From: Alistipes sp.
GTDB taxonomy: Bacteria > Bacteroidota > Bacteroidia > Bacteroidales > Rikenellaceae
Direction: 5' to 3'
Length of the DNA: 64,000 nt
Assembly: GCA_021202985.1 (NCBI GenBank)
Contig: JAJQCA010000072.1
Coordinates: 8,681-72,680 of the forward strand
Below the pieces are notes generated by a model. The model was not told the DNA's origin. It saw only the letters and a list, made by a program, of their open reading frames with translations, and did not search any database. Position numbers and translations under genes: made by a program. How positions within the stretch are numbered: the stretch's first letter is position 1; every line of letters begins with the position of its first letter. Below, in pieces: positions 18,596-29,066 of the stretch.

Positions 18596-19216
18596 ATGGA
18601 AAACAAGCTCCAGGAACTGACCCAGAAGCTCTACGACGAAGGGCTTGCCAAAGGGCGGCAGCAGGCTGACACCATTGTGGCCGAAGCCCGTGAAACCGCG
18701 GAAAAAATCCTTTCCGAAGCCAAATACGAGGCGGACCGGATCCGCAAACAGGCCCGCACCGAAGCGGACGACCTCCACAAGAACACCCTTACCGAGCTGA
18801 GCCTCGCGGGCAAGCAGGCCGTGTCGCAGTTGAAAGTAGAGATTTCGGAACTGATTGTGGAGAAGACCCTCGGCGACAGCGTCAGGGAGGCCTCGCTCGA
18901 TGCGAAGTTCATAAAAGAGATACTGGTTGCGGTGGCTTCGAACTGGAATAACGGTGCTACCGGCAGCGTGACCTTGCAGGCCCTCCTGCCCGAATCGGGA
19001 CGGGAGAAGCTCGACAAGGCGCTGGCCGCCGATTCGGCCGGACTGCTGGACAAGGGAATTGAGGTGGGTTATTCGGACGAAGTGAAGACCGGATTCAAAA
19101 TCGGCCCGAAGGACGGCGGATATTACATAAGTTTCACGGACGAAAGTTTCAACGCCCTTCTCCGGGAGTACCTCCGCCCCAAGGTGAGGGAGTTGTTGTT
19201 CGGTAACGACCGGTAG
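18596..19216 (+). CDS. atpE: V-type ATPase subunit E
   Basis: A charged coiled-coil N-terminus (KLYDEGLAKGRQQADTIVAEARETAEKILSEAK). First gene of the V-ATPase operon. Confidence 0.85.
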   Translation: MENKLQELTQKLYDEGLAKGRQQADTIVAEARETAEKILSEAKYEADRIRKQARTEADDLHKNTLTELSLAGKQAVSQLKVEISELIVEKTLGDSVREASLDAKFIKEILVAVASNWNNGATGSVTLQALLPESGREKLDKALAADSAGLLDKGIEVGYSDEVKTGFKIGPKDGGYYISFTDESFNALLREYLRPKVRELLFGNDR

Positions 19217-19219
19217 CCC

Positions 19220-20056
19220 ATGGCCAGGAATTATTACACGCTGGTAGCCGGACTGAGGGAATTCGCGATGGATTCCGAAAAGAAAGGGTTCGACGCCTGC
19301 GACATAGTCCTCGAAATCCGTCCCCAGCTAAGCGACCGGGACCGGGGATACATGCGCCTGTTTTACGCCGTTTACGATATAGAGAATATCCTGAATATGA
19401 AGGCGGGGCGGACGCAGTTCTCGGTACTGGGCAACTATACGGCCGAGGAGCTGGAGGCCGCGGTGGCAAACCCGTCCGAACTGCCCGCATACATGGGGCG
19501 GATAGTCGCGGCCTACGCCGACCCGGAAAACCCGGAGTTCGACTGGATAGACCCCGATATGCCTTTGAGCAAGGCCCTGTACACCGCCTATTACGACGAG
19601 TGTGCCCGCAGCGGCAGCCGGTACGTCCGCCAGTGGAGTGAATTCGACCGCAACCTGCGCAACGTCATAGCGGCCTACGGGGCGCGTAAGGCGTCGCTGC
19701 CCGTAGCCGACCAGTTGGTGGGCGGGGGTTATGTGGTGGATACGCTGGGGCGAAGTTCCGCGGCCGACTTCGGCCTGCGCGGCGAGCTGGACTACATTGA
19801 CGACCTGATAGACGCACTTGCCGAGGAGGAGAACCTGCTCGAGAAGGAGAGGAAGATAGACGCCATAAGGTGGCGCGTATCGGACGAACTTACACCGTTC
19901 GACTATTTCGATATGAACGCAATACTTTCCTACCTCACGAAAATAAATATCGTGCACCGCTGGGTGAGCCTCGACGAGTCGTACGGCCGGCAGATGTTAG
20001 ACAAACTTATGGCATCGCTCGACGGCAAGGAACTTATCGGCAGGTCCGGGGCTTAA
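19220..20056 (+). CDS. DUF2764 family protein (V-ATPase operon, subunit C position)
   Basis: 278 aa. Lies between E and A, as in other Bacteroidales V-ATPase operons. Confidence 0.75.
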   Translation: MARNYYTLVAGLREFAMDSEKKGFDACDIVLEIRPQLSDRDRGYMRLFYAVYDIENILNMKAGRTQFSVLGNYTAEELEAAVANPSELPAYMGRIVAAYADPENPEFDWIDPDMPLSKALYTAYYDECARSGSRYVRQWSEFDRNLRNVIAAYGARKASLPVADQLVGGGYVVDTLGRSSAADFGLRGELDYIDDLIDALAEEENLLEKERKIDAIRWRVSDELTPFDYFDMNAILSYLTKINIVHRWVSLDESYGRQMLDKLMASLDGKELIGRSGA

Positions 20057-20292
20057 AGACCCGGTACTAAACCGGAGGAAGCTATCCGGGCTAAGGACCG
20101 GTACTTTTTACCGAACCATTCTGTAAGGATGCGGGAATGCGGTTGAGTCGCGCCCGGAAAAGACGGACCTGCCAGCAGGAACGGTCCGGCCCGGCTACCG
20201 GGCATGGACAGCGACGGTTTACCACCGGTGGGCTTACCCCACGGCAGGGACGCCTTCCGGAAAGGGACTGCCGGTTGGCCGGCAGGTCCGGG

Positions 20293-20369
20293 TCCTGCCG
20301 GAGGCAAGGGTCCGGCTGGAGGCAAGAGTCCGGCTGGAGGCAAGAGTCCGGCTGGAGGCAAGGTTCCGG
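20293..20369. repeat. 18-nt tandem repeat (about 4.3 copies) inside the GC-rich atp spacer
   Basis: tcctgccggaggcaaggg (20293-20310), tccggctggaggcaagag (20311-20328 and 20329-20346), tccggctggaggcaaggt (20347-20364), then a partial copy. Confidence 0.9.
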
Positions 20370-20427
20370 GAACCGTGACCACGGGGATATCTACGTGGCC
20401 GGGCGTACGGCGATTGCCCGCTAAGTA

Positions 20428-22239
20428 ATGGAGACGAAAAAGAAAGACAATAAAAACCTAAACAATATGAGTACTACTGGCAAAGTATCGGGTATAATCT
20501 CGAATATTGTGATAGTACGGGCCGACGGGCCTGTGGCACAGAATGAGATATGCTACGTACATCTCGGCGACATCAGGATGATGGCCGAAGTTATAAAGGT
20601 GGTCGGCAACGACGCTTACGTGCAGGTATTCGACTCCACCCGGGGCCTTACCATCGGTAACCACGTGGAGTTCGCCGGGCACATGCTCGAAGTGACGCTG
20701 GCTCCGGGTATCCTCTCGCGCAGCTACGACGGGCTGCAAAACGACCTGGCAAAAATGGACGGCCTGTTTATCGAACGCGGAACGCGTACCGAACCGATGG
20801 ATTTCGACGCCAAATGGGAGTTTTCCCCCATAGCGCAGCCGGGCGATACCGTAACCGGGGGCGACTGGCTGGGCCGCGTGAAGGAGTTGTGGATAGACCA
20901 CAAGGTGATGGTTCCCTTCCGGATGCAGGAGAAATACACCGTAAAGAGCATCGCACCCGCGGGCGAGTACACCATAACCGAAGAGATAGCCGTCGTAACG
21001 GATAAGAACGGCCGGGACCACAGCATCACGATGCTCCAGAAGTGGCCGGTGAAAATACCCATCCGCAACTACCGCGAGAAACCGCGCCCCTACAAGATTA
21101 TGGAGACCGGCGTACGTGCCATCGATACATTCAACCCGCTGGCCGAAGGCGGTACGGGGTTTATCCCGGGTCCGTTCGGTGCGGGCAAGACCGTGTTGCA
21201 GCACGCTATTTCCAAGCAGGCCGACGCGGATATAATAATGTTCGTGGCTTGCGGGGAGCGTGCCAACGAGGTTGTGGAAGTTTTCACCGAATTCCCCGAG
21301 CTGAAAGACCCCCGCACCGGCCACTCCCTGATGGAGCGGACCACGATAATCTGCAACACCTCCAACATGCCCGTTGCCGCGCGTGAGGCGTCGGTCTACA
21401 CAGGGATGACCATCGGCGAGTATTACAGGGCGATGGGCCTGAAGGTACTAATCCTTGCCGACTCCACTTCGCGCTGGGCGCAGGCCCTCCGCGAAATGAG
21501 TAACCGGCTCGAAGAGCTTCCCGGGCAGGACGCCTTCCCGATGGACCTCTCTGCCATCATTTCGAGTTTCTACGCCCGGGCCGGACTGGTGTACCTCAAT
21601 AACGGCGAGACCGGTTCGGTGACGTTCCTCGGGACGGTCTCACCCGCTGGGGGTAACCTGAAAGAGCCTGTGACCGAATCGACCAAGAAGGCAGCCAGGT
21701 GCTTCTACGGGCTGGCGCAGGGCCGTGCCGACAGTAAGCGCTACCCGGCAATCGACCCGGTAGACAGCTACTCGAAGTACCTCGAATACGAGGAGATAAA
21801 GAAATACCTCGACGAACGCGTGGAGGAGGGCTGGACCGATATGGTGAACCTGGGCAAGACCATCGTGCTGCGCGGTAAGGAAGCCAACGACCAGATCAAC
21901 ATCCTCGGGGACGACGGGGTGCCCATCGAGTACCATGACCGCTTCTGGAAGAGCGAGCTCATAGACTACGTTATACTCCAGCAGGACGCCTTCGACGATA
22001 TCGACGCCAACTGCCCGATGGAGCGCCAGAAGTTTATGTTCAAGATGGTGCTGGACATCTGCGGCAGGGAGTTCGAATATGAAGGGTTCGAAGACTGCTC
22101 TGTGTTCTTCAAGAACCTGATAAACCTGTTCCGCCAGATGAATTACAGCCAGTGGCAGAGCGAAGGGTTCGAGAACTACCGCAGGCAGATTTGCGAAGCC
22201 GTGGAAGCCAAGGAATCGAAAAACTCCCGGGCGGCCTAA
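20428..22239 (+). CDS. atpA: V-type ATPase catalytic subunit A
   Basis: Walker A GPFGAGKTV plus an A-subunit non-homologous region. An alternative start MSTTGKVSG at 20467 is equally plausible. Confidence 0.95.
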   Translation: METKKKDNKNLNNMSTTGKVSGIISNIVIVRADGPVAQNEICYVHLGDIRMMAEVIKVVGNDAYVQVFDSTRGLTIGNHVEFAGHMLEVTLAPGILSRSYDGLQNDLAKMDGLFIERGTRTEPMDFDAKWEFSPIAQPGDTVTGGDWLGRVKELWIDHKVMVPFRMQEKYTVKSIAPAGEYTITEEIAVVTDKNGRDHSITMLQKWPVKIPIRNYREKPRPYKIMETGVRAIDTFNPLAEGGTGFIPGPFGAGKTVLQHAISKQADADIIMFVACGERANEVVEVFTEFPELKDPRTGHSLMERTTIICNTSNMPVAAREASVYTGMTIGEYYRAMGLKVLILADSTSRWAQALREMSNRLEELPGQDAFPMDLSAIISSFYARAGLVYLNNGETGSVTFLGTVSPAGGNLKEPVTESTKKAARCFYGLAQGRADSKRYPAIDPVDSYSKYLEYEEIKKYLDERVEEGWTDMVNLGKTIVLRGKEANDQINILGDDGVPIEYHDRFWKSELIDYVILQQDAFDDIDANCPMERQKFMFKMVLDICGREFEYEGFEDCSVFFKNLINLFRQMNYSQWQSEGFENYRRQICEAVEAKESKNSRAA

Positions 22240-22257
22240 CCATCTAACACGACTATT

Positions 22258-23577
22258 ATGGAGACAAAAGCATTTCAGAAGATATATACCCGCATCGACA
22301 ATATCACCAAGGCCACGGTAACGCTCTCCGCCACCGGTGTGGGTAACGACGAGCTTGCCACCGTGGGAGGTAAACTTGCGCAGGTCGTGAAAATCAACGG
22401 CGACCAGGTAACGCTCCAGATATTTTCCGGGACGGAGGGCATCGCCACCGACTCGGAAGTGGTATTCCACGGCGAACCGCCCAAGCTGAATGTGGGCGAC
22501 AATCTCGCGGGGCGTTTCTTCAACGCCTACGGCGAGCCGATCGAGGGCGGCAGCCAACTCGAAGGGGAGCCGCGCGAAATCGGAGGCCCGACCGTGAACC
22601 CGTACAAACGCCTGCAACCGTCGCAGATGATTGCCACCGGTATAGCCGGTATAGACCTTAACAATACGCTGGTTACGGGCCAGAAGATTCCGTTCTTCGC
22701 CGACCCCGACCAGCCCTACAACCAGGTGATGGCGATGGTGGCCCTGCGCGCGCAGGCCGACAAGATAATCCTCGGAGGGATGGGTATGAGTAACGACGAC
22801 TTCCTGTTCTTCAAGCACGTGTTCGAGAACGCGGGCGCGCTGGACCGTATCGTGAGTTTCGTGAACACCACCGAGAACCCGCCCGTGGAGCGCCTGCTGG
22901 TGCCCGATATGGCGCTGACGGCGGCCGAATATTTCGCCGTGGACAAGGGCGAGAAGGTGCTCGTGCTGCTTACCGACATGACCCAGTACGCCGACGCGCT
23001 GGCCATCGTGTCGAACCGTATGGACCAGATTCCCTCGAAGGACTCGATGCCCGGCTCGCTCTACTCGGACCTCGCAAAGATCTATGAGAAGGCCGTGCAG
23101 TTACCCAACGGCGGCTCCATCACGCTTATCGCCGTAACCACCCTGTCGGGTGGCGACATTACCCATGCCGTACCCGACAATACGGGCTACATCACCGAGG
23201 GGCAGTTGTTCCTGCGTAACGACTCGGACACGGGTAAGGTTATCATCGACCCGTTCCGGAGCCTTTCGAGGCTGAAACAGCTCGTTATCGGCAAGTCCAC
23301 CCGGGAGGATCACCCGCAGGTGATGAACGCGGCTGTAAGGCTCTACGCCGACGCGGCCAACGCCAAAACCAAACTCGAAAACGGTTTCGACCTCACCGAT
23401 TACGACGAGAGGACGCTCAAGTTCGCCCGCGACTATTCCACGGAACTTCTCGCGGTGGACGTCAACATCGATACCGAGACCATGCTCGACACGGCATGGA
23501 GGCTGTTCGCCAAGTATTTCACCCGGAGCGAAGTGGCCATCCGTGAAGATATAATGAACAAGTACTGGCCCGAATAG
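22258..23577 (+). CDS. atpB: V-type ATPase subunit B
   Basis: 439 aa, alpha/beta-family fold, no canonical P-loop. Follows A. Confidence 0.95.
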   Translation: METKAFQKIYTRIDNITKATVTLSATGVGNDELATVGGKLAQVVKINGDQVTLQIFSGTEGIATDSEVVFHGEPPKLNVGDNLAGRFFNAYGEPIEGGSQLEGEPREIGGPTVNPYKRLQPSQMIATGIAGIDLNNTLVTGQKIPFFADPDQPYNQVMAMVALRAQADKIILGGMGMSNDDFLFFKHVFENAGALDRIVSFVNTTENPPVERLLVPDMALTAAEYFAVDKGEKVLVLLTDMTQYADALAIVSNRMDQIPSKDSMPGSLYSDLAKIYEKAVQLPNGGSITLIAVTTLSGGDITHAVPDNTGYITEGQLFLRNDSDTGKVIIDPFRSLSRLKQLVIGKSTREDHPQVMNAAVRLYADAANAKTKLENGFDLTDYDERTLKFARDYSTELLAVDVNIDTETMLDTAWRLFAKYFTRSEVAIREDIMNKYWPE

Positions 23578-23595
23578 GGAAAGGGGAAAATCGTT

Positions 23596-24216
23596 ATGGC
23601 AATTAAGTTCCAATATAATAAAACGTCACTGAACGACCTTGACAAACAGCTCAAGATGCGGAACAAAGCGCTCCCCACGCTCAAAAGCAAGGAGTCCGCT
23701 CTGAGGGCCGAAGTCAAGAAGGCGAAAGATTCGGCCGCCGATTACGAGCAGAGGCTTCAGGCCCTTGTCCGCCGGTACGAATACATGACTGCCTTGTGGG
23801 GGGAGTTCGACACCGGCCTGTTGAGTATCAGGGATGTGGACCTGGAGATTACAAAAATCGCCGGGGTACGCATACCGGTGCTCCGGGAGGTAATTTTCGA
23901 ACAGAAGCCCTACGACCTGTTCAGCAGCCCGGCATGGTATGCCGACGGGATAGGCCTGCTGAAACAGATGTCGCAGCTCAGCCTCGAATACGAGTTCTTC
24001 CGCCATAAAACCAGCCTGCTGGACTATGCCCGGAAGAAGACCACACAGAAGGTAAACCTTTACGAGAAAGTGCAAATTCCCGGCTACCAGGACGCTATCC
24101 GCAAGATCAAGCGTTTCCTGGAAGACGAGGAGAACCTCTCCAAGAGTTCTCAAAAGATAGTAAAGAACCGGCAGGCGGCCGCGGCCGCCGGGCAGGGAAA
24201 GGAGGTGGCCGTATGA
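23596..24216 (+). CDS. atpD: V-type ATPase subunit D
   Basis: 206 aa coiled-coil protein (LKMRNKALPTLKSKESALRAEV). Operon position fits. Confidence 0.9.
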   Translation: MAIKFQYNKTSLNDLDKQLKMRNKALPTLKSKESALRAEVKKAKDSAADYEQRLQALVRRYEYMTALWGEFDTGLLSIRDVDLEITKIAGVRIPVLREVIFEQKPYDLFSSPAWYADGIGLLKQMSQLSLEYEFFRHKTSLLDYARKKTTQKVNLYEKVQIPGYQDAIRKIKRFLEDEENLSKSSQKIVKNRQAAAAAGQGKEVAV

Positions 24217-26039
24217 TCGTAAGGATGATGAAATACGACCTGGTGCTTTTCGCGGGCCAGAAGAACGATTTCCTGCAAAAACTGCAGGACCTCGGGCTGG
24301 TGGACATTACCGTCCGCGGATGGGAACCCGACGAGAAGGAGCGGGAGTTGATGGTTTCGATCGACCGGCACCGCGCGGCCGTTTCCCGCCTGCGGGTCAT
24401 GGCCGGAGACGAGGAGATTAAATCGGCCGTGCCCTACCCGAGCGGTGAGGAGGCGTATGAAGCTTACGTCAAAGCGTCTACCGCGGAGGACAACCTGACG
24501 GCGCAGATAGCACAGGGCCGTAAGGACCTCGAATACCTCGGAAAGTGGGGCGGTTTCAGCCCGGAAAAGATAGCCGAGCTGGAAAGTACCGGTGTGAAAC
24601 TGCGTTTCTTCCACGCTTACACGAAAGAGTTCGATTCGCATTTCGACGAGTGGAACGACCAGTATCTGGTCTACCCGGTGAGTGTGTCGGAGGGAATGAC
24701 CTGGTTCGTGGTGGTAACCACGCCGGGAGCCGAAGTGCTTATAAACGCGCAGGAGGACCGTGCACCCGAAATGACCTACGCGGAGAAAGAGACCGAGATA
24801 GAACAACTGGTCGCCGAGAGGGATGCGCTGAAGGCCACGATCCGGCGGGCTGCCGCATCGGTGGACCTTATCGCTGAACACGGAGCTGCGGAGCAGGAAC
24901 TGCTGCACCTCGAGCAGGCTGCCGGTTCGGGCAGCGACGCGGCCGAAGGGACACTCGCGGTGCTGGAGGGTTGGGCCACGGCAGAGACTGCCGGGAAGGT
25001 GGACGCCATGCTGGCGGACTACCCCAACCTTTTCTACATCAAATCGGACCCCACGCCGGATGACGAGCCGCCCGTGATGTTGCGAAACAACCGCTTCAAC
25101 CGGATGTTCGAAATTATCGGCGGCTTTTACTCGCTTCCCAGATACGGCACACTCGACCTTACACCGTTCTTCGGGCCGTTCTACGTGCTTTTCTTCGGGC
25201 TTTGCCTCGCGGACGCCGGTTACGGGCTGATATTCTTTATTCTCGGCCTGGTGATGCGCGGCAAGGTGAAACCGGAGCTCCGGCCCGCCGTGAGCCTGGT
25301 GACCCTTTGCGGATTGTCGACCATGATATGCGGGACGTTCCTCGGTTCGTTTTTCGGCATACAGCTGGCCGATATTGAGTGGTTCGGCGACTTCCGCAAC
25401 TACATACTCTCGCCCGACAATATGTTCGCGTTGGCACTCGGTCTGGGTGTGATACAGATCCTATTCGGCATGTGCCTGAAGGTGGTTAACCTCAGCCGGC
25501 AGTTCGGGTTCAGGTACTCGCTGGCCACCCTCGGGTGGATTATCGTGCTGGTTGCCGGGCTGGTATGCTACGCGCTAGGTTCGATGGGCTACGAGCAGTA
25601 CGGTTTCGGGTCGACGGCATTTTGGATTGCGGCCGGTATAGGGCTGTTCATGATGTTCTTCCTTAACTCGCCGGGCAAAAACCCGTTCGTGAATTTCGGG
25701 GCCGGGCTGTGGAACACTTATAACCACATCACGGGCATTATCGGCGACGTGCTGAGCTACATCCGGTTGTTCGCAATCGGCCTGTCGGGCGGCATCCTCG
25801 CCTCGGTATTTAACCAGCTGGCGTTGGGGCTGAGTCCCGATATACCGGTGTTAAGGCAAATCAGCATAATCCTGATACTGACTATCGGTCACGGAATCAC
25901 GCTGTTCATGTCGACGCTCAGCGCCTTTGTACATCCGATGCGCCTTACATTCGTGGAGTTCTACGGCAACGCGGGTTTCGAAGCCACACAGCGGGCCTTC
26001 AACCCCCTGAAAAGGAACAAGGCGCAGACCCCGGCATAG
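24213..26039 (+). CDS. atpI: V-type ATPase subunit I (a-subunit)
   Basis: 608 aa, with a soluble N-terminal half and a C-terminal multi-TM half (YIRLFAIGLSGG). 4-nt overlap with D. Confidence 0.9.
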   Translation: MIVRMMKYDLVLFAGQKNDFLQKLQDLGLVDITVRGWEPDEKERELMVSIDRHRAAVSRLRVMAGDEEIKSAVPYPSGEEAYEAYVKASTAEDNLTAQIAQGRKDLEYLGKWGGFSPEKIAELESTGVKLRFFHAYTKEFDSHFDEWNDQYLVYPVSVSEGMTWFVVVTTPGAEVLINAQEDRAPEMTYAEKETEIEQLVAERDALKATIRRAAASVDLIAEHGAAEQELLHLEQAAGSGSDAAEGTLAVLEGWATAETAGKVDAMLADYPNLFYIKSDPTPDDEPPVMLRNNRFNRMFEIIGGFYSLPRYGTLDLTPFFGPFYVLFFGLCLADAGYGLIFFILGLVMRGKVKPELRPAVSLVTLCGLSTMICGTFLGSFFGIQLADIEWFGDFRNYILSPDNMFALALGLGVIQILFGMCLKVVNLSRQFGFRYSLATLGWIIVLVAGLVCYALGSMGYEQYGFGSTAFWIAAGIGLFMMFFLNSPGKNPFVNFGAGLWNTYNHITGIIGDVLSYIRLFAIGLSGGILASVFNQLALGLSPDIPVLRQISIILILTIGHGITLFMSTLSAFVHPMRLTFVEFYGNAGFEATQRAFNPLKRNKAQTPA

Positions 26040-26091
26040 CGGCGGCAAGCGCTTAAAAAAAGAATAACAACAAACGAAAATAAATGTTTAA

Positions 26092-26556
<465 letters not shown>

Positions 26557-26573
26557 TCCGGAGCGGTTCAGAC

Positions 26574-26612
26574 AAAAGCACAGGCCCCGGACGGGGACCT
26601 GTGCTTTTGCTT
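26574..26612 (+). terminator. rho-independent terminator after the V-ATPase operon
   Basis: aaaagcacaggcccc / ggac / ggggacctgtgctttt, followed by gctt. Confidence 0.75.
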
Positions 26613-26691
26613 ATATGGCTTAATCAAAGTTACACCGGAGGTGTATGGATGTTTTTTAACTGCAAAATATCACATTACATCACTCTATTTT

Positions 26692-26841
26692 TCCTGACGG
26701 AGTGAAGGGAATATCGCCGGGAAATGAGATTATTATCAGACATATTCCTATTAATTTCGATATTCCGGCGGTAAATCCTTCGTCACTATGCTCCTCAGGA
26801 TGACATAGTGTTAGTTTATCATTCCGAAGCAACGTGGAATT
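26692..26841. repeat. REP/MITE-like element (long-loop hairpin copy plus a degenerate solo copy)
   Basis: Left arm tcctgacggagtgaagggaatatcgccgg; right arm ccggcggtaaatccttcgtcactatgctcctcaggatgacat (ends 26806). This is followed by tcattccgaagcaacgtggaattc (~26818-26841). Confidence 0.7.
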
Positions 26842-27015
26842 CACCGCCGGGAAATTAGCTCGGCGAAAGAATTGAACCGTTGGTAAAATTTCGTACATTT
26901 GCGCATCGTTGGGCACGGTGGAAAAAAGGAGTTATAAAGCCTCTTAAAACCATGCCGAAGACGGTGTGAAAGCCAGGCTGGTTTTCAGCCAAAAAAGATT
27001 TACAAGACCTAACAA

Positions 27016-28086
27016 ATGGCCAAAAGCAGTGTCAGTTTCCGGGACAGTATAGCCAGGTTTACTTCCATCGCCAGGGATATCCGCGGCGGGAAGTACGCTC
27101 CGGTCTACCTGCTTATGGGCGAGGAAGGATATTTTATCGACCGCCTGGCCGACCTGCTGGCGACCCGGGTGCTGACCGAGGAAGAGCGTGCCTTCAACCA
27201 GATTACGGCCTACGGGAAGGACAGCGAATGCGGCGATATAATTAATTTCTGCAAGCAGATGCCGATGATGGGCTCCTATCAGGTTGTAATCCTCAAGGAA
27301 GCCCAGCAGTTGCGCGGCATTGACAAGCTATCGCTTTACACGCAGGCCCCTTCGGCGACCACGGTACTGGTAATATGCCACAAGGAGAAGAACATAGACA
27401 AACGTTCAGCCCTTTACAGGCATGTCAGCAAAATCGGCGTGGTGTTCGAATCGGTGCGGCCTCGGGACTACGAGATAGGAAGCTGGCTGGCGGATTTCGT
27501 CCGGTCAAAGGGTTTCGGTATCGAACCCAAGGCGCTAACCATGCTCACGGACCATCTCGGGGCCGATATTGCAAAAATATCGAACGAGCTGGACAAGCTC
27601 ACCACATACCTGCCCGAAGGGACCCCGACCATAACCGCGGACCATATCGAGCAAAACATCGGCATCAGCAAGGACTTCAACAACTTCGAGCTGACCCGCG
27701 CCATCAGCGAACGGAATATGAAAAAGGCGCTCCTTATCGCGGAACATTTCTCGCGCAACCCTAAACACAATCCACTGCTGGTAACCATCAGCACCCTTTT
27801 TTCACACTTCCAACGCATATTTATAGTAAATTACCAGAAGTGGCTTTCCCGCAACCGGGGAAGCGCCATGCCTGCCGACGCCGAGCTGGCCCGCATGCTG
27901 AAAATACCGTCGGCATTCTTTCTCAACGAATACAAACAGGCCGCCGCTCTCTACCCGAATAAAAAAGTGTTCGTAATACTCGGCATGCTCCGCGAATACG
28001 ACATGAAGAGCAAGGGAATGAATGCCGGAAGCGCTTCGGAAGGTGAACTGTTACGGGAATTGCTGATGAAGATTTTCCTTTTATAA
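27016..28086 (+). CDS. holA: DNA polymerase III subunit delta
   Basis: 356 aa. The N-terminal PVYLLMGEEGYFID and the overall layout are typical of HolA. Confidence 0.8.
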   Translation: MAKSSVSFRDSIARFTSIARDIRGGKYAPVYLLMGEEGYFIDRLADLLATRVLTEEERAFNQITAYGKDSECGDIINFCKQMPMMGSYQVVILKEAQQLRGIDKLSLYTQAPSATTVLVICHKEKNIDKRSALYRHVSKIGVVFESVRPRDYEIGSWLADFVRSKGFGIEPKALTMLTDHLGADIAKISNELDKLTTYLPEGTPTITADHIEQNIGISKDFNNFELTRAISERNMKKALLIAEHFSRNPKHNPLLVTISTLFSHFQRIFIVNYQKWLSRNRGSAMPADAELARMLKIPSAFFLNEYKQAAALYPNKKVFVILGMLREYDMKSKGMNAGSASEGELLRELLMKIFLL

Positions 28087-28194
28087 CTAAGACCAGGTGT
28101 GAGCTTTACATACCCGGAACTTCCATGGGCACCACACCCGGCTCCCTAAATCCGCCCACCTTAAAATTTTGTCGTTATACCCGGTATTGGTTAC

Positions 28195-28995
28195 CTAAAA
28201 ATCGATCAGCGGGTAAAGTTCACGCGCCTTTTGGCGTGAAACATGGTTAAAGTGCCACCATTCGCTGGTCACGGTGGTGAACCCGGCCTCACGCATAACG
28301 GAGCGCAGCAGCAGGCGGTTGTCGAGTTGGCCCTGCGTAATTATTCCCCGTGCCACCAGGCGCTGTTCATCGTCGATATTGGCCTCCGGGCCGAGGTGGT
28401 CGTATTCGGTACCCATATCGAGCGGAATCCCGTCGGCATCGAGGATGGAGACATCCACCGCCGCGCCGTAATTGTGCAGCCCGCCCCCGTTTGCCGGATT
28501 TGCGACATAGAGCTGCTTACCCGTAGCCTCGGCGACCCGACGCATCCGGCGCTGTACCGACATAGGCCGCGCGGCATCGTAGACTATGATGCGGTAACCC
28601 GGCCGGCGCTCCTCGAGCAGGTCCTGCGCCCGGGACAATTTCGCGGCCGCCTCCGGCAGAAGGTACGCTTCCAGCAGGTCGTCGTACATTACCTCCCCGA
28701 CGAAATTATCCGGCGTGGCATATACCAGGTAGACAGCTATCCGCGGGTCGTGGTCCGCTATGTCTACCAGCCCGAGAGAGTCCAGCCGCAGGGCCGTATA
28801 GCTTTTGAGCGTATTCGCGGGTTCCGGCACGTGTTCCCCGGCGGGATGTGTGTATGCGGCAGCCTCAGCCCCGTTTGCCACCACGTTAGGAAGGTCGTCC
28901 GCCGTTCCGCGCCTGCCCAAACAGGAGGTAAAGGCGGCCGTAAAGACGACCGGGAGAAGTATGAAAAACCTGTTTATGTTACCCATATATATCAT
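28195..28995 (-). CDS. M15 family D-alanyl-D-alanine dipeptidase (VanX/DdpX-like), lipoprotein
   Basis: SEWWHFNH near the C-terminus and a GLHNYGAAVDV zinc-ligand region. The signal ends in FTSC. Confidence 0.8.
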   Translation of the reverse strand: MIYMGNINRFFILLPVVFTAAFTSCLGRRGTADDLPNVVANGAEAAAYTHPAGEHVPEPANTLKSYTALRLDSLGLVDIADHDPRIAVYLVYATPDNFVGEVMYDDLLEAYLLPEAAAKLSRAQDLLEERRPGYRIIVYDAARPMSVQRRMRRVAEATGKQLYVANPANGGGLHNYGAAVDVSILDADGIPLDMGTEYDHLGPEANIDDEQRLVARGIITQGQLDNRLLLRSVMREAGFTTVTSEWWHFNHVSRQKARELYPLIDF

Positions 28996-29045
28996 AGATA
29001 CAAAATCCGTTCTAACCGCGGGGCAACGATTTGATACCCGGGGTT

Positions 29046-29053
29046 CAAATATA
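29046..29053 (-). promoter_or_regulatory. candidate -7 box (TAtaTTTG on the minus strand) for the dipeptidase gene
   Basis: The plus strand reads caaatata, 51 nt upstream of the start at 28995. No good -33 element seen. Confidence 0.3.
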
Positions 29054-29066
29054 GTGATTAAAGAGT

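Noticed and set aside
20204-20428. 74-aa ORF (PAGGK repeats) ending in TAATG at the atpA start, as an extra V-ATPase subunit.
   Set aside because: All frames on both strands are open across this tract and the sequence is a simple 18-nt repeat. Nothing in the sequence resembles a V-ATPase subunit. It is kept only as part of the spacer finding.
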